Positions 61,630-64,000 of a DNA stretch of 64,000 nucleotides are shown here, piece by piece (position 1 is the stretch's first letter; each line of letters begins with the position of its first letter). Below the pieces are notes generated by a model. That model saw only the letters and a list, made by a program, of their open reading frames with translations. It was not told where the DNA came from and ran no database searches. The stretch spans positions 150,050 through 214,049 of the forward strand of contig NZ_JBBHLB010000005.1 in the NCBI RefSeq assembly GCF_037572415.1, in the 5' to 3' direction. The stretch comes from Flavonifractor porci (GTDB lineage Bacteria; Bacillota; Clostridia; Oscillospirales; Oscillospiraceae). The position numbers and the translations under genes are program-made.

Positions 61630-62004
61630 TTATAGTCCAACCATCATGGAAATGATAAAATACAGCAAGGCTCCCCCTGCAATCGTAAAAATGGTAATAG
61701 CCAGATAGTTGAGCCCGAACTCCTTCGCCCTCGCTTTGTTGGCTTTAACTGCCACAGTGGATGCTTTTACGACAGGGAATCCATTTTCGATCACGACATC
61801 GGCGGTAAAGTCATTTCTGATCATAGCCCCATAACTATTCTGGGAGTCTACAAAACCGGCTATATGGTATCCTCTTGTCTCATCTCCCACGATGGATATC
61901 ATATCAACTGGGAACTGCGCCGATGCCGGGCTTTTGAGTTGGGCACAAATTGCCGGTTTTACAACCTTCATAATTTCTTCGTTGGTCACTTCGATTCCTC
62001 CCAT
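61630..62004 (-). CDS. hypothetical tail-anchored membrane protein
   Basis: 124 aa. The LKSPASAQFP motif is common in small extracytoplasmic domains. A single C-terminal TM (LAITIFTIAGGALLYFIISMMVGL). Confidence 0.5.
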   Translation of the reverse strand: MGGIEVTNEEIMKVVKPAICAQLKSPASAQFPVDMISIVGDETRGYHIAGFVDSQNSYGAMIRNDFTADVVIENGFPVVKASTVAVKANKARAKEFGLNYLAITIFTIAGGALLYFIISMMVGL

Positions 62005-62308
62005 GTTGAACGGATTCCGACAGATGCTTTAAGCCTTCCCGACCGCTCAGGCAAGTATGCCGAAACCTCCTTTGCTGCTCCAAATCCATACAGCTTTTAC
62101 GGATCCATTTCTATTTTATGCCGTTTTTAATAGAAAACAATATTCCAGCTGCATAGTTTTTGCATCTTATGGCATCTATCCCATTTTTGTGTGCCAGCCA
62201 TGGCTTATCCACTGGGAGGGCCGACCGCAGCGAGGAGCACAATCTCCGCACTTATCGTGATTGACAGCGTAATCTGCAACCACATACATACACGGGCAAG
62301 CCTTCTGC

Positions 62309-62683
62309 TCAGATATGGATTTTTCTCAGCAGGTTTTCCACCTCATTTGCTTTCAGAACCTTGCCCATCGTGACCACCCTCTCATTGACCACCAGAGCGG
62401 GAACGCTCATGACTCCATAGCCGACAATCTTGGCCATGTCGGTCACATACTCCACTTCTACATCAAGGCCCATACCCCTCACAGCTTCTTTTGTATTTTC
62501 CAGCAGGGTATGGCAGGAGGCACAGCCTGCACCCAATACCTTGATGGAGCGCACGTCATTGGCAGTGCTGTCCCCTCCTTTCACAACTTTGGAAACATCC
62601 ACCTCGGCGGTGGGGCAGCCGCACTGACAAGCACAGGCAGGCACTTTTTCTTCTTTCTTCTTGCTAAAACCAAACAGACTCAT
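62309..62683 (-). CDS. thioredoxin-fold small redox-active disulfide protein with Cys-rich N-terminal extension
   Basis: ATG at 62683 with a GGAGGT RBS. IKVLGAGCASCHTL is a CxxC motif. The N-terminus carries ACACQCGC. Confidence 0.7.
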   Translation of the reverse strand: MSLFGFSKKKEEKVPACACQCGCPTAEVDVSKVVKGGDSTANDVRSIKVLGAGCASCHTLLENTKEAVRGMGLDVEVEYVTDMAKIVGYGVMSVPALVVNERVVTMGKVLKANEVENLLRKIHI

Positions 62684-62778
62684 TGCAAATACCTCCAAAT
62701 CAAATAAATGTGAAGCAGACTGGTTCACATCCAATCCGCAACATCCAAATCCACATGGCGCTGGATCCTTCTTGTTTC

Positions 62779-63792
62779 CTAAACCAGCAGGAACTGGATC
62801 GCATTGAAAAAATAGCCCACGATGATGATGCCCGCGGTGCAAATGGCGATAAAGGTAGCCAGCAGTTTAGGCTTTACCGCCTTTTTCAGCATGATCATGG
62901 ACGGAATACTCAAAGTGGTAACAGCCATCATAAACGACAGGATCGTACCCAGGCCGGCACCCTTGAACAGCAGGCTCTCCGCCACAGGGATCGTCCCAAA
63001 GATATCAGCATACATAGGAACGCCCACCAGAGTGGCCAGGATAACGGCAACAGGATTGTCGCTGCCCAGAACCATCTCCACCCACTCCTGGGGAACCACA
63101 TTGTGGATAAAGGCGCCGATACCTACACCGATAAAGATATAAGGGGCAACCTTCTTGATGGTTCCCAGCAGCTGTTCTTTGGCAAACCAGACCCGATCGC
63201 GGCAGGTCAACTCCTGACCATCTGCGTCCATGTGCGGGGCGTTTTTGATAAAATCCTCCACATAACGCTCCATCCTGAATCTTTCCAACAAGGTGCCGCC
63301 AACAACAGCGATCACCAGACCGAGGACCACATAGATGACCGCAACTTTGGTGCCGAAAATGCTCATCAAAAGCACCAGAGAACCCAGATCAACCATGGGG
63401 GAAGAAATCAGGAAGGAAAAGGTCACGCCCACCGGCAGCCCCGCGCTGGTAAAACCCATAAAGATGGGAATAGAGGAGCAGGAGCAAAAAGGCGTCACTG
63501 TACCCAGCAGGGCCGCAGCTGAGTTTGCGCCGATACCGTGAAACCGCCCCAGAATCTTCTTGGTGCGCTCCGGCGGAAAATAACTCTGAATGTAAGAAAT
63601 GCCAAAGATCAGTACCGAGAGCAAAATAAAGATTTTAATGGTGTCATAGATAAAAAATTGCAGCCCCCCGCCGATGACGCTGTCAAGGGATAGACCTATG
63701 GCAGTCAGAGCATCACCGATCAGGGCATTCAGCCATTTCATTCCAAGGATCTGATCCTGGAAGAACAGCCAAATTGTATGAATCACTTCCAT
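62779..63792 (-). CDS. permease (ArsP/DUF318-type, conserved CSC motif)
   Basis: 337-aa polytopic protein. TVTPFCSCSSIPIF is a motif typical of this permease family, which usually pairs with the small thioredoxin-like protein and an ArsR regulator. Confidence 0.75.
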   Translation of the reverse strand: MEVIHTIWLFFQDQILGMKWLNALIGDALTAIGLSLDSVIGGGLQFFIYDTIKIFILLSVLIFGISYIQSYFPPERTKKILGRFHGIGANSAAALLGTVTPFCSCSSIPIFMGFTSAGLPVGVTFSFLISSPMVDLGSLVLLMSIFGTKVAVIYVVLGLVIAVVGGTLLERFRMERYVEDFIKNAPHMDADGQELTCRDRVWFAKEQLLGTIKKVAPYIFIGVGIGAFIHNVVPQEWVEMVLGSDNPVAVILATLVGVPMYADIFGTIPVAESLLFKGAGLGTILSFMMAVTTLSIPSMIMLKKAVKPKLLATFIAICTAGIIIVGYFFNAIQFLLV

Positions 63793-63852
63793 AAAGCGTT
63801 CTCCTTTCTCCGGACAAACAGTTCTAATTTTTTCGATTTAATCTTTTGAATA

Positions 63853-63877
63853 AAAGCCATCGTCCCACCGATGGCTT
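63853..63877 (-). terminator. hairpin between the arsR-like gene and the permease
   Basis: AAAGCCATCG-GTGGGA-CGATGGCTTT followed on the minus strand by TTATTC. Confidence 0.5.
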
Positions 63878-64000
63878 TTATGTCCGGCAGACGCAGTCAC
63901 TGCTGCCGCAAGTATTCCTTCTGGTCAGCATCTGCAACAGTTCTTTAGCGTATGCGCTGCCTTCATCACTGATCCCGTAGTATGTCCATTTGCCTTCCGC
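63878..64000 (-). CDS. ArsR/SmtB-family regulator, C-terminal fragment (gene runs off window end)
   Basis: The last 40 codons, ..AEGKWTYYGISDEGSAYAKELLQMLTRRNTCGSSDCVCRT*, show the KWxYY wing motif of ArsR-family proteins and a Cys-rich tail. Confidence 0.55.
   Translation of the reverse strand, partial: AEGKWTYYGISDEGSAYAKELLQMLTRRNTCGSSDCVCRT

Overview
High-GC Firmicutes/Clostridia-type chromosomal window; the order assignment rests on synteny and SLH-anchored proteins and is tentative. No rRNA, tRNA or CRISPR array was seen.

**Gene content**
- 1-29.8 kb is an almost uniformly minus-strand housekeeping block: a TetR-controlled MacAB-type efflux operon, ackA, tmcAL, rsfS, an LCP protein, a fused nadD-yqeK, yhbY, rdgB, rph, ftsY, smc, rnc, acpP, plsX, trmFO, topA, dprA, a SpoU-type methyltransferase and trkAH.
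- 30-64 kb is more accessory:
  - a zinc-ribbon/SPFH (ydjG/ydjI-like) pair
  - a 2094-aa SLH-anchored GH84 glycosidase
  - a cytoplasmic-looking vWA protein with a Cys-rich tail
  - an AT-richer islet (XRE regulator plus lipoprotein)
  - reverse rubrerythrin, gdhA, citrate synthase and corA
  - a divergent two-component system
  - an ApbE / RnfC-D-G cluster that lacks rnfE/A/B
  - an ArsR-permease-thioredoxin-like module
- Many ORF-track starts are over-extended. Internal starts with a ribosome-binding site (RBS) are proposed where visible.
- Long antisense ORFs are high-GC artefacts.

**Most unusual signal**
A family of about 110-160-nt multi-hairpin repeats has four copies in this window, lying 3' of smc, trmFO, reverse rubrerythrin and gdhA.
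- All four sit in the same orientation relative to the host gene.
- Stems covary between copies.
- Each copy is followed distally by a second copy of the host gene's 3'-terminal coding sequence.
- Each copy is preceded by a short stretch (11, 11, 11 and 20 nt) that is the reverse complement of the host gene at the duplication breakpoint.
- In the smc and trmFO cases the two gene-end copies differ mostly at synonymous positions.

I cannot assign this architecture to a known element class from sequence alone.

**Second candidate**
The truncated Rnf-like (C-D-G only) cluster with ApbE and a lipoprotein carrying two FMN_bind-like repeats may be an extracytoplasmic electron-transfer module.
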